Shown: positions 36,246-47,120, numbered from the stretch's first letter. The stretch is 64,000 nt of DNA from a virus (IMGVR_UViG_3300020057_000496:64001-128000), one strand, 5' to 3'. Notes: a model not told the origin generated them from the letters alone. Numbers and translations: made by a program.

Positions 36246-37244
36246 GTGGCTTATCCAATTCTCATGCAAAGCTTTTGGTTCCGGCCGGACATTGACCGCC
36301 TAAACCATACTGACCAAGTAACCTATATCAAGCTACTTGCGGGCAGTTCGGTATACGGGTTGCACGGAATCTCGTTTCTCGGAAAGACAATCAAGTCCGG
36401 CCGAAAGATACGGGATTACTTCTTCGACTTGCGGTCAGTCAGGCCACTAGCGGCGCAAGGGTTCGTTCTTCTGGACGAGATTGAAGGACTCGTATTTGTC
36501 CCCGGCGCATGTAGCGACCCGCAAGCCGGGGTAGTTACGACAAAGCAGTACGGCGACCTCACCGACAGTCTCAAGAAGCTACCGTTCAACTCACCGGTAA
36601 CGCAGGTCTGGGCCTTATCTTGGTATCTATCAAATCTCGCCAAGACGAATACCCAGGTATCGGAAGATTTCAAGCTGTTCGCGCATAACTGGTTTCATCC
36701 GCTATTCTTACATGCAGACCTAGGCGCGACCGAAAGGTTCGACAGCCGGACGGACGTTGCGGAGCTGGTCCTTGGTGAGAAGTTCCAGGAAGAAGTATAT
36801 GTCCAGCACTTATTCGCACCTATTCTGCTAAAGCTGACGACTTGGGCAATCGAAGAGAAGTACATTCTCAACCAACTAACGGGACCCAATTTCGAGGTTC
36901 GATATAAGGCATTCACGGACAAGAAGATTCAGACAGATAAATCCTTGTCACACAAGGCTATCTCCTTATTCGAACAACTATACCTTGCCCGTACCGGCGT
37001 CAAGTACGTGCCGCAAAGTACCTACACGCGTGACATCCGCACGGTTGGCATGATGATCAAGGATTTCGGAATGGACCTCGTTATGGAGCGCATCCAGTTT
37101 TATCTCAAAGACGACTCGTTTACGCACTCTATTCGCGACTTCAGGCTTAACTTCCAAAAGGTAAAGAACCCAGAACTGAACGACAGGTCTTCCTATTGGC
37201 AAATCCTAGAGGAACACAAAAACCGTGCGAGAGGCGATTCTTAG
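36246..37244 (+). CDS. Hypothetical protein (possible replication initiator by position)
   Basis: Long ORF directly upstream of primase-helicase. Confidence 0.6.
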   Translation: MAYPILMQSFWFRPDIDRLNHTDQVTYIKLLAGSSVYGLHGISFLGKTIKSGRKIRDYFFDLRSVRPLAAQGFVLLDEIEGLVFVPGACSDPQAGVVTTKQYGDLTDSLKKLPFNSPVTQVWALSWYLSNLAKTNTQVSEDFKLFAHNWFHPLFLHADLGATERFDSRTDVAELVLGEKFQEEVYVQHLFAPILLKLTTWAIEEKYILNQLTGPNFEVRYKAFTDKKIQTDKSLSHKAISLFEQLYLARTGVKYVPQSTYTRDIRTVGMMIKDFGMDLVMERIQFYLKDDSFTHSIRDFRLNFQKVKNPELNDRSSYWQILEEHKNRARGDS

Positions 37245-39051
37245 CTATATTCAATCGAAGGGGTGGCGCTATTCATTCTCGCCAGATAAGCAGTGGATCA
37301 GGCTCGACAAGTGCCCGATATGCAGTAAAACCTCCCGTCGTCCGTTTGCGATCCATGCCGCCGAAGGCACAGCGCGTTGTCATCACGGAGAGTGTGGGTG
37401 GTCCGGCGGACTAACCTTACTCAAGGCACACTTCGGAGAGCTAATCCAGTCAGTTCGCGCCGAAAAGTTCTCTTATGCCGCCCCGTCCGAATCGAGCACA
37501 GAAGAAAACAGGCGACGCTTCCTTGACCAGAAGGGTGTCGTGGACAGATTCAAGGCATTCAGGCTACTGTCGGACAAGACGGTCGCACAGTTCCGTATTG
37601 GTCTGGACGACAAGCGCGGAGTCTGCTATCCCTATTTCGAACATTCAAGGCTAATCAACATAAAATACAAGCGACGCGACAAGGCCGGAACGAAATTCCC
37701 TTCGTGGTGGACTTCATCGAAGGGGGAATCTGCGCGAGCCTGCCTCTATAACGTAGACTCACTGCGTGGTAACGAGACTGTCTATCTCGTAGAAGGGGAA
37801 GACGACTGTATGATGCTCTGCCAGTTGGGCTTGAGCAACGTGGTCTCTATCCCGCACGGAGCCGCGACGACACGCGGGGCCTGGCTCGACCCACTAGAGA
37901 GCTTCAAGGACATCGTTGTCGTCATGGACGCCGACGCTGCCGGAAGGCGGGCCGCACCGATGTTGGCCGAAACGCTAGGAAAGTACAGGTGTCGAACAGT
38001 CGAGTTACCGCAAGGATTCATGGTGCCGCCCGGCCCCTGGGGAAAGGAAGAGTTCGAAGCAAAGGATATTACGGACTTCGTGCGGGCCGGCAAGACGGAA
38101 TTACTTCTTGAGGTAATCAAGAACGCGCGGCCACCTAAACACGACAAGATAGCGCACGCGTCCGAATTCGTCGATGAGTTCCTGGAGGAGTTCAGGAACG
38201 GCGACCGCTCACGTGGCGCGACGACGGGCTTCCCGAGCGTTGATGCGGTAATCGGCGGCAGGCGCCCTGGTGAGTTGACGATTGTTACGGGAGTAACGAG
38301 TGGAGGAAAGTCTACTTTTACGTTCAATGTTGCGATGAACGTAGCGACGCTCGGGGAGAGCGTACTCTTCTCGGCGTTCGAGCACGGGCCCAAAAAAATC
38401 ATCCAGAAGGCATCATCCTGGATCACCGGGAAAACTCGCTTCGTCGGAAGCTCGAACGAGATGACCCTTTCCGACGCGGAGCACGCCGCCAAGGTAATGC
38501 GGGACATGCCACTTTACCTGGTGGACCACTACGGCCGATTCGAACCATCTTACTTCGCCGACTGCCTGGACTACGCGGCGCGTCGCCTTTCGGTTACGAC
38601 ATCAATACTAGACCACCTGCATTTTATTCTTGACCCGAAAAACCCCGAATCAGAACGGCTTGAGATCGACCAGGCGATGCTGACCCTGCGTACCGCCACC
38701 GAGCAGAGCGGAATTTTCCTGATGGTGGTGGCGCACCCAAAACAGAAGAACGGAGACGACAATCCCGTTCATAACCTAGCAGACCTGCGAGGAAGCTCGT
38801 TCCTTAGCCAGGTTGCCGACAACGTCTGGGTCGTCTGGCGCGATATGGACCTCGCTAAGCTTCGCCCTGGATTCGGACGTTCTATCATCTATGTAATAAA
38901 GAACAGATCTGAGTGTGGCACTATCGGTAAGATAGAATTAGCATTTGATATGAACGCCCAGAAATATATCGACCGACTTGGAAATGAGCTTGACTTTATA
39001 CCAGAAATGGACGAGGATATAGCTCCAGTCAATGAAGAAGAGTTTAGATAA
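37225..39051 (+). CDS. T7 gp4/Twinkle-like DNA primase-helicase
   Basis: Zn finger CPIC, TOPRIM VEGEDD...DADAAG, Walker A GVTSGGKS, LDHLH, VAHP, DLRGS. Confidence 0.92.
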   Translation: MREAILSYIQSKGWRYSFSPDKQWIRLDKCPICSKTSRRPFAIHAAEGTARCHHGECGWSGGLTLLKAHFGELIQSVRAEKFSYAAPSESSTEENRRRFLDQKGVVDRFKAFRLLSDKTVAQFRIGLDDKRGVCYPYFEHSRLINIKYKRRDKAGTKFPSWWTSSKGESARACLYNVDSLRGNETVYLVEGEDDCMMLCQLGLSNVVSIPHGAATTRGAWLDPLESFKDIVVVMDADAAGRRAAPMLAETLGKYRCRTVELPQGFMVPPGPWGKEEFEAKDITDFVRAGKTELLLEVIKNARPPKHDKIAHASEFVDEFLEEFRNGDRSRGATTGFPSVDAVIGGRRPGELTIVTGVTSGGKSTFTFNVAMNVATLGESVLFSAFEHGPKKIIQKASSWITGKTRFVGSSNEMTLSDAEHAAKVMRDMPLYLVDHYGRFEPSYFADCLDYAARRLSVTTSILDHLHFILDPKNPESERLEIDQAMLTLRTATEQSGIFLMVVAHPKQKNGDDNPVHNLADLRGSSFLSQVADNVWVVWRDMDLAKLRPGFGRSIIYVIKNRSECGTIGKIELAFDMNAQKYIDRLGNELDFIPEMDEDIAPVNEEEFR

Positions 39052-39637
39052 GCCACTCAATATTGCAACGATGAAGCTCCCGGCCGATGTGCTGGAGTTC
39101 GGGCTTACCCTTAGAAAACTAAGGACGGCTGCTGGGCTTACCTGTCAGCACGTTGCTGACGCTGGCTGGGTCCGTGAGGCTTCGGTCCGGAAGATGGAAG
39201 CGGGAATGAAACTCCCGGCAGCACCGTCCACCCTGCGGATGATCGAAAGGGAATTGAACTGTAAGCCGGAGTACTTAGTTTCACTAGCAGAGCAACACCG
39301 GAAGTATCTGGCTCAGTTCATTGAACTCTTTAGCTCTACCCTGATCGAGTTACATGACCTTCTCAGGTTTTACCAACCGGACGAAGCCGAGAAGGTTCTT
39401 TTACAGATTGTGAATACTTGGAAATTTCAAAGAAAGGAGGAGCAAACAGTAATGAAGTCAACGGCAACCCCACGTCCGCTCGTAGCCCCGAAGGCTGCGC
39501 CGACGCGCAAGACGACCACGAAGTCCGCGCCTGCACGACGCAGCACGACAATGGCCACGGCGAAGACCGCAGCGAAGACCGCAGCGAAGACCGCAACGAA
39601 GACCGCACTGAATCTCGCACTGAAGCGCAGCAAGTAA
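39032..39637 (+). CDS. XRE-family HTH protein with basic low-complexity tail
   Basis: FGLTLRKLRTAAGLTCQHVA; AKTA repeats. Confidence 0.6.
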   Translation: MKKSLDKPLNIATMKLPADVLEFGLTLRKLRTAAGLTCQHVADAGWVREASVRKMEAGMKLPAAPSTLRMIERELNCKPEYLVSLAEQHRKYLAQFIELFSSTLIELHDLLRFYQPDEAEKVLLQIVNTWKFQRKEEQTVMKSTATPRPLVAPKAAPTRKTTTKSAPARRSTTMATAKTAAKTAAKTATKTALNLALKRSK

Positions 39638-40073
39638 AGTCCAGTCAAGACGCGGACACGGACCAGAAATGGGACTGTGTCCGCGTCTCCAGCCCCGCCG
39701 GTAAGTGGTACCTGTCGAGGGACGACGACATAGAGCGCCTGTCCGTCAGGGCCGACGGAACACGGCGGGCAGTTTTCTCTCGTGACGAACTAGTAAGGAT
39801 CAACGGCGGGCTTAAGTCCGCAAATAAGGAAGAGCGCCAAGAGTTACTTCGTTGTCTGATAGACCTGAAAGAAGTAATTGGAGGAAAGGTTCAGTCAGTT
39901 AGCAATCGAAGTATCGACACCTTAAAGAATTCCGTGAGGTCCCACGCGGATTGGGGATATCAGGACGCCCTTGGCGACGATCCGACAGACCCTACTTAGC
40001 TCAGCGGCTAGAGCACCGGTTTGGCCGTCGGCAACGCGCGAATGCCTATAACGTCATCACGATTCGCGACTAG

Positions 40074-40145
40074 GCTCCCGTAGTTCAAGAAGGTAGGGCA
40101 CCGGATTATCATCCGGGGATGCATGTGCAAGTCGTGCCGGGAGCC
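40074..40145 (+). tRNA. Atypical tRNA-like gene (6-nt anticodon loop)
   Basis: Acceptor GCTCCCG/CGGGAGC, stem CCGGA/TCCGG, T arm GCATG-TGCAAGT-CGTGC. Confidence 0.5.
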
Positions 40146-40151
40146 CTCTTG

Positions 40152-40216
40152 CTGCCCGTAGCTCAATTGGTGGGCGCCATCGGCGCCAGGTGCGGGTTCG
40201 AATCCCGTCGGGCGGT
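40152..40216 (+). tRNA. tRNA-like gene with shortened anticodon arm
   Basis: CTGCCCG-TAGCTCAATTGG...GCGGGTTCGAATCCCGT-CGGGCGG. Confidence 0.55.
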
Positions 40217-40432
40217 ATTGTGTTGTATTTTTTACGAACAAGTACTTTTCTGAATACCACCAGGGATAGACGGAATCGGTCGCCACGGCACTGCTATGGC
40301 GACCCTTCGCTCGTTGGGAAATTCAAATACGTCCAACGCCGTGAATGCAATCTTGCGTTCTCCCCGAATGGTCAGCGAGTTCACGTCCGACAGCTCGCTA
40401 AGTTCAGGGCCAGAACTTTAAGGGTAAAATAA

Positions 40433-41290
40433 ATGAAGGTAGTCGTTACTCGCGGATTGCCTGGCTCTGGGAAGTCGTGTTTCGCAAAGGAACTGATAGA
40501 CTCCGACAAGAGCTACGTACGCGTCAACCGGGACGAGATACGCCTGACACTCTATAACGGAAAGTTTTCTGCGAAGAACGAAGAGCTTACGACTGCCGTT
40601 CGGGACTCCATGATTGACGCCGCGCTCCTCTCCGGTCGCAACGTCGTCGTGGACGAAACTGCGCTGTCCCCGTCGGTCATGGCGACACTCAAGCTTAAGG
40701 CAGAGGCACACGGGGCGGAATTCGAAATCAAGGAATTCAACAAGCCGTACGAAGACTGCATCCGTGACGACTTGACTCGCGCCAATCCAGTCGGCCACAA
40801 GGTGATTACGAGGATGTACCTGAAGTACATCAAGCCAAAAGAAAAGAAGCTCTATGAACAGACTGAAGGACTACCTTCCGCTATCCTCGTGGATATCGAC
40901 GGCACGGTCGCAAATTGCGATTCCCGCTCTCCGTTTGACACGAATGCTTGTTTACAGGACAGACCTAATAATCATGTTATTAGCGCGGTGGTTTCATTAA
41001 GCCGTGATCACCGAGTCTTTTTTATAACCGGACGAGACGAGCGCTTCCGAGAAAAGACCACTACTTGGATCAAGCGGCACGTCTTCCCTGGCGACTACTG
41101 GTTTAAGTTACACATGCGCGCGGACGCCGACAAGCGCAAGGACTACGAAGTCAAGGAAGAGATTATCGTCAACGAGATCATAGGGCGCTATAACGTCCTC
41201 GTATGCTTCGAGGACCGTCCGCGCAATCTCAGGATGATGCGCCGACTCGGCTTGTCTACAATGGACTGCGGACTGGGGTTTGAATTCTAA
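40433..41290 (+). CDS. pseT: Polynucleotide 5'-kinase/3'-phosphatase (T4 PseT-like)
   Basis: RGLPGSGKS, VNRDEIR, DIDGTVA, TGR, FEDR. Confidence 0.92.
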   Translation: MKVVVTRGLPGSGKSCFAKELIDSDKSYVRVNRDEIRLTLYNGKFSAKNEELTTAVRDSMIDAALLSGRNVVVDETALSPSVMATLKLKAEAHGAEFEIKEFNKPYEDCIRDDLTRANPVGHKVITRMYLKYIKPKEKKLYEQTEGLPSAILVDIDGTVANCDSRSPFDTNACLQDRPNNHVISAVVSLSRDHRVFFITGRDERFREKTTTWIKRHVFPGDYWFKLHMRADADKRKDYEVKEEIIVNEIIGRYNVLVCFEDRPRNLRMMRRLGLSTMDCGLGFEF

Positions 41291-42360
41291 TGGACTGCCA
41301 TCTCCAGGACTATCTACGTAACGGCGGATCGCTTACTAATCTCGAAGAAGTACTTCGCGTCAAGCACAAGCGGCACGGGACATATCCAAACCTCTTACTG
41401 TTCTCTTACTCTATCGGCTGTTCGTTCGAATTCCCACTACAGTTAGAGTCACGCGGAATCATTCTCGACGAACAAGACGACTGGCGCGTAGTCAGTCGCA
41501 GCTTTGACAAATTCTTCAACCTCGGCGAAGGCAGGGCCACAGCTATCGACTGGGCCAGTATAGTAGTAAACGAAAAGCAAGACGGCTCGCTCGTGAGTGT
41601 ATATAGACACAACGGAAACTTGCAATTCGCGACTACGGGGACACCGGACGCCAACTGCCCAATTGGCGACTATCAGGTGACGTTCGCGGAATTGTTCCGG
41701 CAGACGCTGCAAGAGCTTAGCCTCTGGCCACTTCCGGAGATGCCCGGCGTAACTCTCTTGTTCGAGTTGTGCACGCCGCTGAATAGGGTCGTCGTCAACT
41801 CCTTGACGAATAAGGTGTTCTTTCTTGGGGCAAGAGAAGCCGAGACTGGATGCTGGCTATCTAATGACCTACCGGAGTTCAGTCACCTCCCAAAGCCACG
41901 CATATTTTCATTTCGAACACGAGAAGAAGTGCTGGCCTCACTCGAACATTTCAGTGGGCTCCATCAAGAAGGTTACGTCGTTACCGACGCTAATTACAAC
42001 AGAGTAAAGATCAAGCACCCCGAATACGTCCAGTTACACCACTCGGTTTTTGGTACGACTTATTCGAGCATCGTCGAGCTTGCCCTAAAGCAGGAGTCAT
42101 CCGAGATCCTAGCTCATTTCCCGGACTTAACAAAGCTGCTCAAGGACACTGAGCAGAAGATCATAAGCCTCTGTGTAACAGTCGAGAATACCTACGCCGA
42201 AATTAAAGACCTGACTACGCGTCGGGAGTTTGCACAGAGGGCGAAGTTCTATAAGTATTCGGCCGTTCTATTTAAAATGCTAGACAAGAAGCTGTGCGCC
42301 CTGGAGGTCCTGAGACTGGAACGAATTAAGACCGTAATTGAATACCTCAAGGAGAACTAA
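41290..42360 (+). CDS. RNA ligase 1 (T4 RnlA-like)
   Basis: ESRGII, SFDKFFN, EKQDGSL, FEL, EGYVV...RVKIK. Confidence 0.9.
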   Translation: MDCHLQDYLRNGGSLTNLEEVLRVKHKRHGTYPNLLLFSYSIGCSFEFPLQLESRGIILDEQDDWRVVSRSFDKFFNLGEGRATAIDWASIVVNEKQDGSLVSVYRHNGNLQFATTGTPDANCPIGDYQVTFAELFRQTLQELSLWPLPEMPGVTLLFELCTPLNRVVVNSLTNKVFFLGAREAETGCWLSNDLPEFSHLPKPRIFSFRTREEVLASLEHFSGLHQEGYVVTDANYNRVKIKHPEYVQLHHSVFGTTYSSIVELALKQESSEILAHFPDLTKLLKDTEQKIISLCVTVENTYAEIKDLTTRREFAQRAKFYKYSAVLFKMLDKKLCALEVLRLERIKTVIEYLKEN

Positions 42361-42866
42361 TGGAAGAGAACAATCGGTCTATATATCTACAGCGTAAAGA
42401 CGGTCTCTTTGTTGTAAAATTCTTCCGTCAAAAGCATGAATACTACGTTGGGGCCTTCAAGGATATCAACGTAGCCCGTGTCGAACGGGACAGGGCGTAC
42501 CTAAAGCTGAAGTGCGGGGATCTTTCCGGAATCAAGGTTCGCGAGTCCGTAAAGCGCAAAGTCTTCTCCGAAGAGCAGTGGTACAAGCAGTACCTGGAGT
42601 ACCCGTTATATATGGATACTCCGCAGTATAAGCTCCGTTATGCCGTATTAATTTCGGCGTTACGGGATTTCTGCGATACCGCTCGGATAGGCAAGTACAC
42701 AAAGGCCCAACACTGGATCATGGAATCGTCACATCCGGACGACACCTTCTCCTTCGTCAATGTCTGCGAACTCTTCCATCTCAGCCCTGCGGCGGTAAGA
42801 AAGCAACTAAATGGACTTAATCAAAAGCAAAAGCAAGCACTCAAGTCGTATACGATCTTTAACTAA
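42360..42866 (+). CDS. AP2-like domain fused to helical domain (paralogue of 32241)
   Basis: YYVGAFKDINVARVERD; LRYAVLISALRD...FSFVNVCELF. Confidence 0.6.
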   Translation: MEENNRSIYLQRKDGLFVVKFFRQKHEYYVGAFKDINVARVERDRAYLKLKCGDLSGIKVRESVKRKVFSEEQWYKQYLEYPLYMDTPQYKLRYAVLISALRDFCDTARIGKYTKAQHWIMESSHPDDTFSFVNVCELFHLSPAAVRKQLNGLNQKQKQALKSYTIFN

Positions 42867-43134
42867 GACACAGAATCTTATTGTTAAAGAATGCGACTCT
42901 ATACGTGATCTTCTATTAGAAAAAAACCGTAGTTACGGCGATTCATTTTCAAGGCCAATTGGAATATTCGCTGCCGGTCACGATGCCGATGTGCAAATTA
43001 GGGTCCGAATTGATGACAAGCTGGCCCGCATCTCGCGCGGAACTGAGTATTCAAATGAAGACACGATCACGGACCTTATTGGATACTTGATATTATTGCG
43101 CCTCCTTGTAAACGTGAAAAAGAAAAAACATTAG
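42811..43134 (+). CDS. Nucleotide-modification-associated (DUF1599/Nmad1-like) protein
   Basis: LLEKNRSYGDSF...VRIDDKLARI...DTITDLIGY. Confidence 0.75.
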   Translation: MDLIKSKSKHSSRIRSLTKTQNLIVKECDSIRDLLLEKNRSYGDSFSRPIGIFAAGHDADVQIRVRIDDKLARISRGTEYSNEDTITDLIGYLILLRLLVNVKKKKH

Positions 43135-43299
43135 TATCTCGTGCAGTACATGGGCGGCAAGGTCAGGTTAATTAAAAGATCAGCAAGCGAGCTTCCGTAA
43201 TTGCGTCCTTCCCGCACAAAACTGAAATGCGTACTCCAACTTCGAAAAATCAAACAAGTAGAGTCGAGAACCTGTATCTCGTAAGGTAGGCAAAATTTA

Positions 43300-44274
43300 A
43301 TGAGCAATAGCACACATGACGTCGTAGTATACAAACTAGGTCCCGTTACCGAGCACCCGGCCGCCGACCAAATCGAGATCCACCACGTCTGGAATTACGT
43401 CTGCATCTCCCAGAAGGGTCTCTATAAAGAAGGAGACTTAGTTGCGTTTATTCCGCCGGACAACGTCGTCCCAGACATCGAACAGTACGCCTGGCTAAGT
43501 GGCAAGCGGCGAATTAGGGCAAAGAAGATTCGTGGCATAGTGTCGTACGGGTTGCTGGTCGCCGCACCGGAAGGTTCGATTGAAGGGGACGTAGTCACTG
43601 AGCAGCTCGGAGTCGCACATTACGAGCCGCCAATATTAACATCCAATGGAGGTGGTTTCAGTCAGGCTAAGCCACCGCCCGGCTACTATGCCAAGTACGA
43701 CATAGATTCCCTTCAGCGATACGCGGACTGCCTTGAGCCGGGCGAGGAAGTATGGATTACCGAAAAGCTCCACGGATGTTGCTTTTCTGCGATCTATATC
43801 GACGGAGCCCTGCACGTCCAGTCACATAATTTCTGGCGCAAGGAGGACGACGACAACGTATTCTGGCCGGCACTCCGGAACACTCCGGGCCTAGCGGAGT
43901 GGCTAGAAGAGCATCCGGGAACTCTACTACAGGGAGAAGTAGTCCCGACCGCACGTGTCGCCAAGACAGTCTTCGACTACGGGTACACCTGGGGGACTCC
44001 GCGAGTCGTGTTGTTCGATATGTCCCAAGACGGTTCTTACTTCTCACACGAGGTGGCGCGAGGACTTAGCAAGGACCTGACTTGGGTGCCTACTATTGGC
44101 CGCGAGGCGTTCTCGTTGGAGCGAGCGGAGGAGCTGACAACTGGGCCGAGTCTTATGCCAGGTGCAAATCATCTCAGAGAGGGCCTTGTTCTCACGCCGG
44201 TCAATGAGCGCATGCACGACCGCATAGGACGAATTAAACTAAAGCTCGTATCGCACAAGTACCTAGAACTTTAA
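43300..44274 (+). CDS. RNA ligase, DRB0094 family
   Basis: EHPAADQIE, IRAKKIRGIVSYG, TEKLHG, QGE, REGLV, LKLVS. Confidence 0.88.
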   Translation: MSNSTHDVVVYKLGPVTEHPAADQIEIHHVWNYVCISQKGLYKEGDLVAFIPPDNVVPDIEQYAWLSGKRRIRAKKIRGIVSYGLLVAAPEGSIEGDVVTEQLGVAHYEPPILTSNGGGFSQAKPPPGYYAKYDIDSLQRYADCLEPGEEVWITEKLHGCCFSAIYIDGALHVQSHNFWRKEDDDNVFWPALRNTPGLAEWLEEHPGTLLQGEVVPTARVAKTVFDYGYTWGTPRVVLFDMSQDGSYFSHEVARGLSKDLTWVPTIGREAFSLERAEELTTGPSLMPGANHLREGLVLTPVNERMHDRIGRIKLKLVSHKYLEL

Positions 44275-44310
44275 TAGCCCGCAACACGCCTGACGGCGCC
44301 TGGGGATACT

Positions 44311-44631
44311 ATGACGAAAAAGATAAAATTCCTTATCGAAGTTGAATACGTACTGGATAAATGGGACCCGAAACAGAAAGACAAGGACTGGATTCCGGAC
44401 TACGCCCTTGACCTCCGTGAGCGCTGTGACATGGTGATTGAATTCCCATGTAGCGAAGTAATGGACGCCGGGCGCGAGCTAGGCCACACCGGTGCGACCT
44501 ATGACTATCTCGACGTCAGTTACTGTCGCGACCTGGGCTACCCCTCGAAGATCAAGGTTCGCCGTGTTAAGACCCCAGCGCCGCGCCGTAAGCCAACGCC
44601 CGGGGTGGCAAAGCGTAAGGCCAAGAATTAA
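44311..44631 (+). CDS. Hypothetical protein
   Basis: ORF with gggga RBS. Confidence 0.55.
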   Translation: MTKKIKFLIEVEYVLDKWDPKQKDKDWIPDYALDLRERCDMVIEFPCSEVMDAGRELGHTGATYDYLDVSYCRDLGYPSKIKVRRVKTPAPRRKPTPGVAKRKAKN

Positions 44632-44632
44632 C

Positions 44633-45058
44633 GTGATCTTTCTCGGTGGAACTTGCGGCAACAACGACTGGCGCAATCGTCTCTTTACGGACTTAAATAG
44701 GGCGCAAGTAAATACGGACAACCTCTACAACCCAGTAGTGCCCGACTGGACTTCTGTCGCACAGGCAAGCGAAGAGAAGGCAAAGGCGAGTGCTGAGTAT
44801 TGTGTTTTCTATATTGCCAACCCTCGCTTAGATGGCGTCAATATTTCTGCTTTCTCAATGGTTGAGGCAACGATGGCACTCTACGACAGTCCAGACACGA
44901 CTGTCGTGGTGTTCGACGAAGACGGGATAGAAGGACACGTACTTAAGGCGATGCAGCGGACACGTCAGGTTCTACAGGCTCGATTCCCTACCGTCGAGTT
45001 CTTGAGTTCGTATCAAGCACTAGTAGATTACTTGATCGTAATGGCAGTCAAGAACTAA
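44633..45058 (+). CDS. Nucleoside 2-deoxyribosyltransferase-like protein
   Basis: IFLGGTCGNNDWR...YNPVVPDWT...FSMVE; start uncertain. Confidence 0.7.
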   Translation: MIFLGGTCGNNDWRNRLFTDLNRAQVNTDNLYNPVVPDWTSVAQASEEKAKASAEYCVFYIANPRLDGVNISAFSMVEATMALYDSPDTTVVVFDEDGIEGHVLKAMQRTRQVLQARFPTVEFLSSYQALVDYLIVMAVKN

Positions 45059-46215
45059 TGCCGACGTTGCTCTTTAAGAAGGGTTCGAATGGGAAAATTA
45101 TCCAGTGGCGAAACTGGGTAATTGGTGCCGAACTCCAGACCGAACACGGCCAAGTCGGAGGCAAGTTGCAGCTTACCTCTGAGGTGTTTTTCGCAGGGAA
45201 GAATATCGCCAAGTCAAACGCGACCACGGCCGAAGAGCAGGCCGAGCTGGAGGCGCAGGCGCGCTGGACGAAGAAGAAGAAATCCGGCTATGTCGTTTCA
45301 CTAACAGAAGCTAGAGCTGGCGGACGTGACGTGGTGATCCAGGGGGGCGTTGACCCGATGTTGGCACAGTCTTACTCGAAACACGCCGCAAAGATCAAGT
45401 GGCCGGCTTACAGTCAACCCAAACTCGACGGAATTAGATGTCTGGCGTTACTCACCGAAAAAGGTGACGTAACGCTGTGGTCACGGACTCGAAAGCCTAT
45501 CAAGTCGATGCCTCACGTGATCAAGGCGCTCAAGGGCCTGCACGTCAAGGCAGGTACCGTCCTGGACGGCGAGTTATATTCGCATGCGGCCTGGAATGCT
45601 GTCGCCGACGAAGCCGAGGACTCGGAGTCGGCCCATAAAGTCTTGTTCGAAAAGATAACAAGCCTGGTGCGTCCGCTTGAGCCAGTACCGGGCCACGAAA
45701 TTATGGAATACCACGTCTACGACATGTGTGTAGATCTACCTTTCGAACAACGACATTGGAATTTAGCCAGGCTACTAAGGAAGGCAACCCTGCCGCTCGT
45801 CCTAGTCGAGACCTTACATTGCGAGTCCGAGCCCGACGGCGTGTCTCACTACGGGGACTGTCTTACGCGTGGTTACGAGGGTGCGATGTTCAGGAATGCC
45901 GACTCAACCTACGAATTCGGCAAGCGCAGTTATTCGCTCCAGAAGGTCAAGCAGTTCGATGACGCCGAATACGAGATTACCGGAGTAATGGAAGGGCGTG
46001 GTAAACTTGCCGGGTGTGCGGGCTCCATGGAGTGCAGGTTGCCGAACGGAGGGGTGTTCAATGTCAAGATGAAGGGCTCCTTCGAAAGATTGCGGGAGTT
46101 CTTCCAGCATCCGCCGGTGGGAAAACTACTCACGGTGCAGTACCAAAACTTAACGGCAGCCGGTGTACCTAGATTCCCCATTGGACTAAAGATTCTACAG
46201 GACAAGGACTACTAA
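45058..46215 (+). CDS. ATP-dependent DNA ligase
   Basis: PMLA, QPKLDGIRC, LDGELY, YEGAMFR, KVKQFDDAE, PRFP. Confidence 0.93.
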   Translation: MPTLLFKKGSNGKIIQWRNWVIGAELQTEHGQVGGKLQLTSEVFFAGKNIAKSNATTAEEQAELEAQARWTKKKKSGYVVSLTEARAGGRDVVIQGGVDPMLAQSYSKHAAKIKWPAYSQPKLDGIRCLALLTEKGDVTLWSRTRKPIKSMPHVIKALKGLHVKAGTVLDGELYSHAAWNAVADEAEDSESAHKVLFEKITSLVRPLEPVPGHEIMEYHVYDMCVDLPFEQRHWNLARLLRKATLPLVLVETLHCESEPDGVSHYGDCLTRGYEGAMFRNADSTYEFGKRSYSLQKVKQFDDAEYEITGVMEGRGKLAGCAGSMECRLPNGGVFNVKMKGSFERLREFFQHPPVGKLLTVQYQNLTAAGVPRFPIGLKILQDKDY

Positions 46216-46316
46216 AGCGACATTAGTCTTTATATCCATAGCTGGCGGTAAGTACTGTGCTAGACATCTCGCCAGACTTTGTCTCTAACTAGCAGAATTA
46301 AGCAAGGAAAACGGTA

Positions 46317-46760
46317 ATGCGAACTAAGATTAAATTCCCAATTGGTGACTGGTCAGATGATGGCCACGGCAGGTGTGACTGGTACATGGCTAGCACCACG
46401 ATGACGGTCGAGGACGTCAGAGAGGCACATTTTGCTTGTAAAAATAAGTTCGGGTTCGATATCGGTGAGATCTGTTCCCAGTACGGAGAGACGACTATCG
46501 ACTCCGATTTAGCTAAGAAGATTTCCGCCGTAGTTCCACTAGGTGATTATGCGTACGGCGCAGAAGGAAGTGGCGAATATACCTTTGAGTACAATACTGA
46601 GGCCGTTTTTGCGCTATGGATTGCTATCTTAAATAAGTCTAACCTAGATTTAGATTTAGTCACAGAAGAAGTAGCGATTGAAGCTATTCAGTTCAGCGGC
46701 CACGACTCGCTAGGGAGACATATAGTCGTACCGGGCTACGGAGTGTTCGGGGAAGCCTAG
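46317..46760 (+). CDS. Conserved phage hypothetical protein
   Basis: IGDWSDDGHG...GYGVF pattern. Confidence 0.65.
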   Translation: MRTKIKFPIGDWSDDGHGRCDWYMASTTMTVEDVREAHFACKNKFGFDIGEICSQYGETTIDSDLAKKISAVVPLGDYAYGAEGSGEYTFEYNTEAVFALWIAILNKSNLDLDLVTEEVAIEAIQFSGHDSLGRHIVVPGYGVFGEA

Positions 46761-47038
46761 TGGACTGCCAGGGGTGCTTCAAGCCAACGAAGGAGTACGG
46801 ACCTATCTGTCCTGAATGCAACCCACTACTGTTCGAAATGATCAAAGCTGGTGCGGACATAGGCGGGGTAGAGTACCGCTGGTCTGTACTCTGTCCCGCC
46901 TGCGTTCATCTCCATAAACAGGAACATGCCCTCAGCCGAGCGGGGCCTGACATCGAACTTTAGGCCACAACGCAAAGAGGCCACCCGGAGGCGACCTTTC
47001 TACAGGCATACGATTTCAGCGTTGCCCTTTACTGAGAG

Positions 47039-47114
47039 TAGAAATGGACAGGATTCGAACCTGCATCAATACCGTAATATGGTACCAGCCTTGACCAATT
47101 AGGCTACCATTTCT
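47039..47114 (-). tRNA. Atypical tRNA-like gene (nominal anticodon ATT)
   Basis: GAAATGG-TAGCCTAATTGGTCAAGGC...GCAGGTTCGAATCCTGT-CCATTTC. Confidence 0.55.
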
Positions 47115-47120
47115 ATCCAA

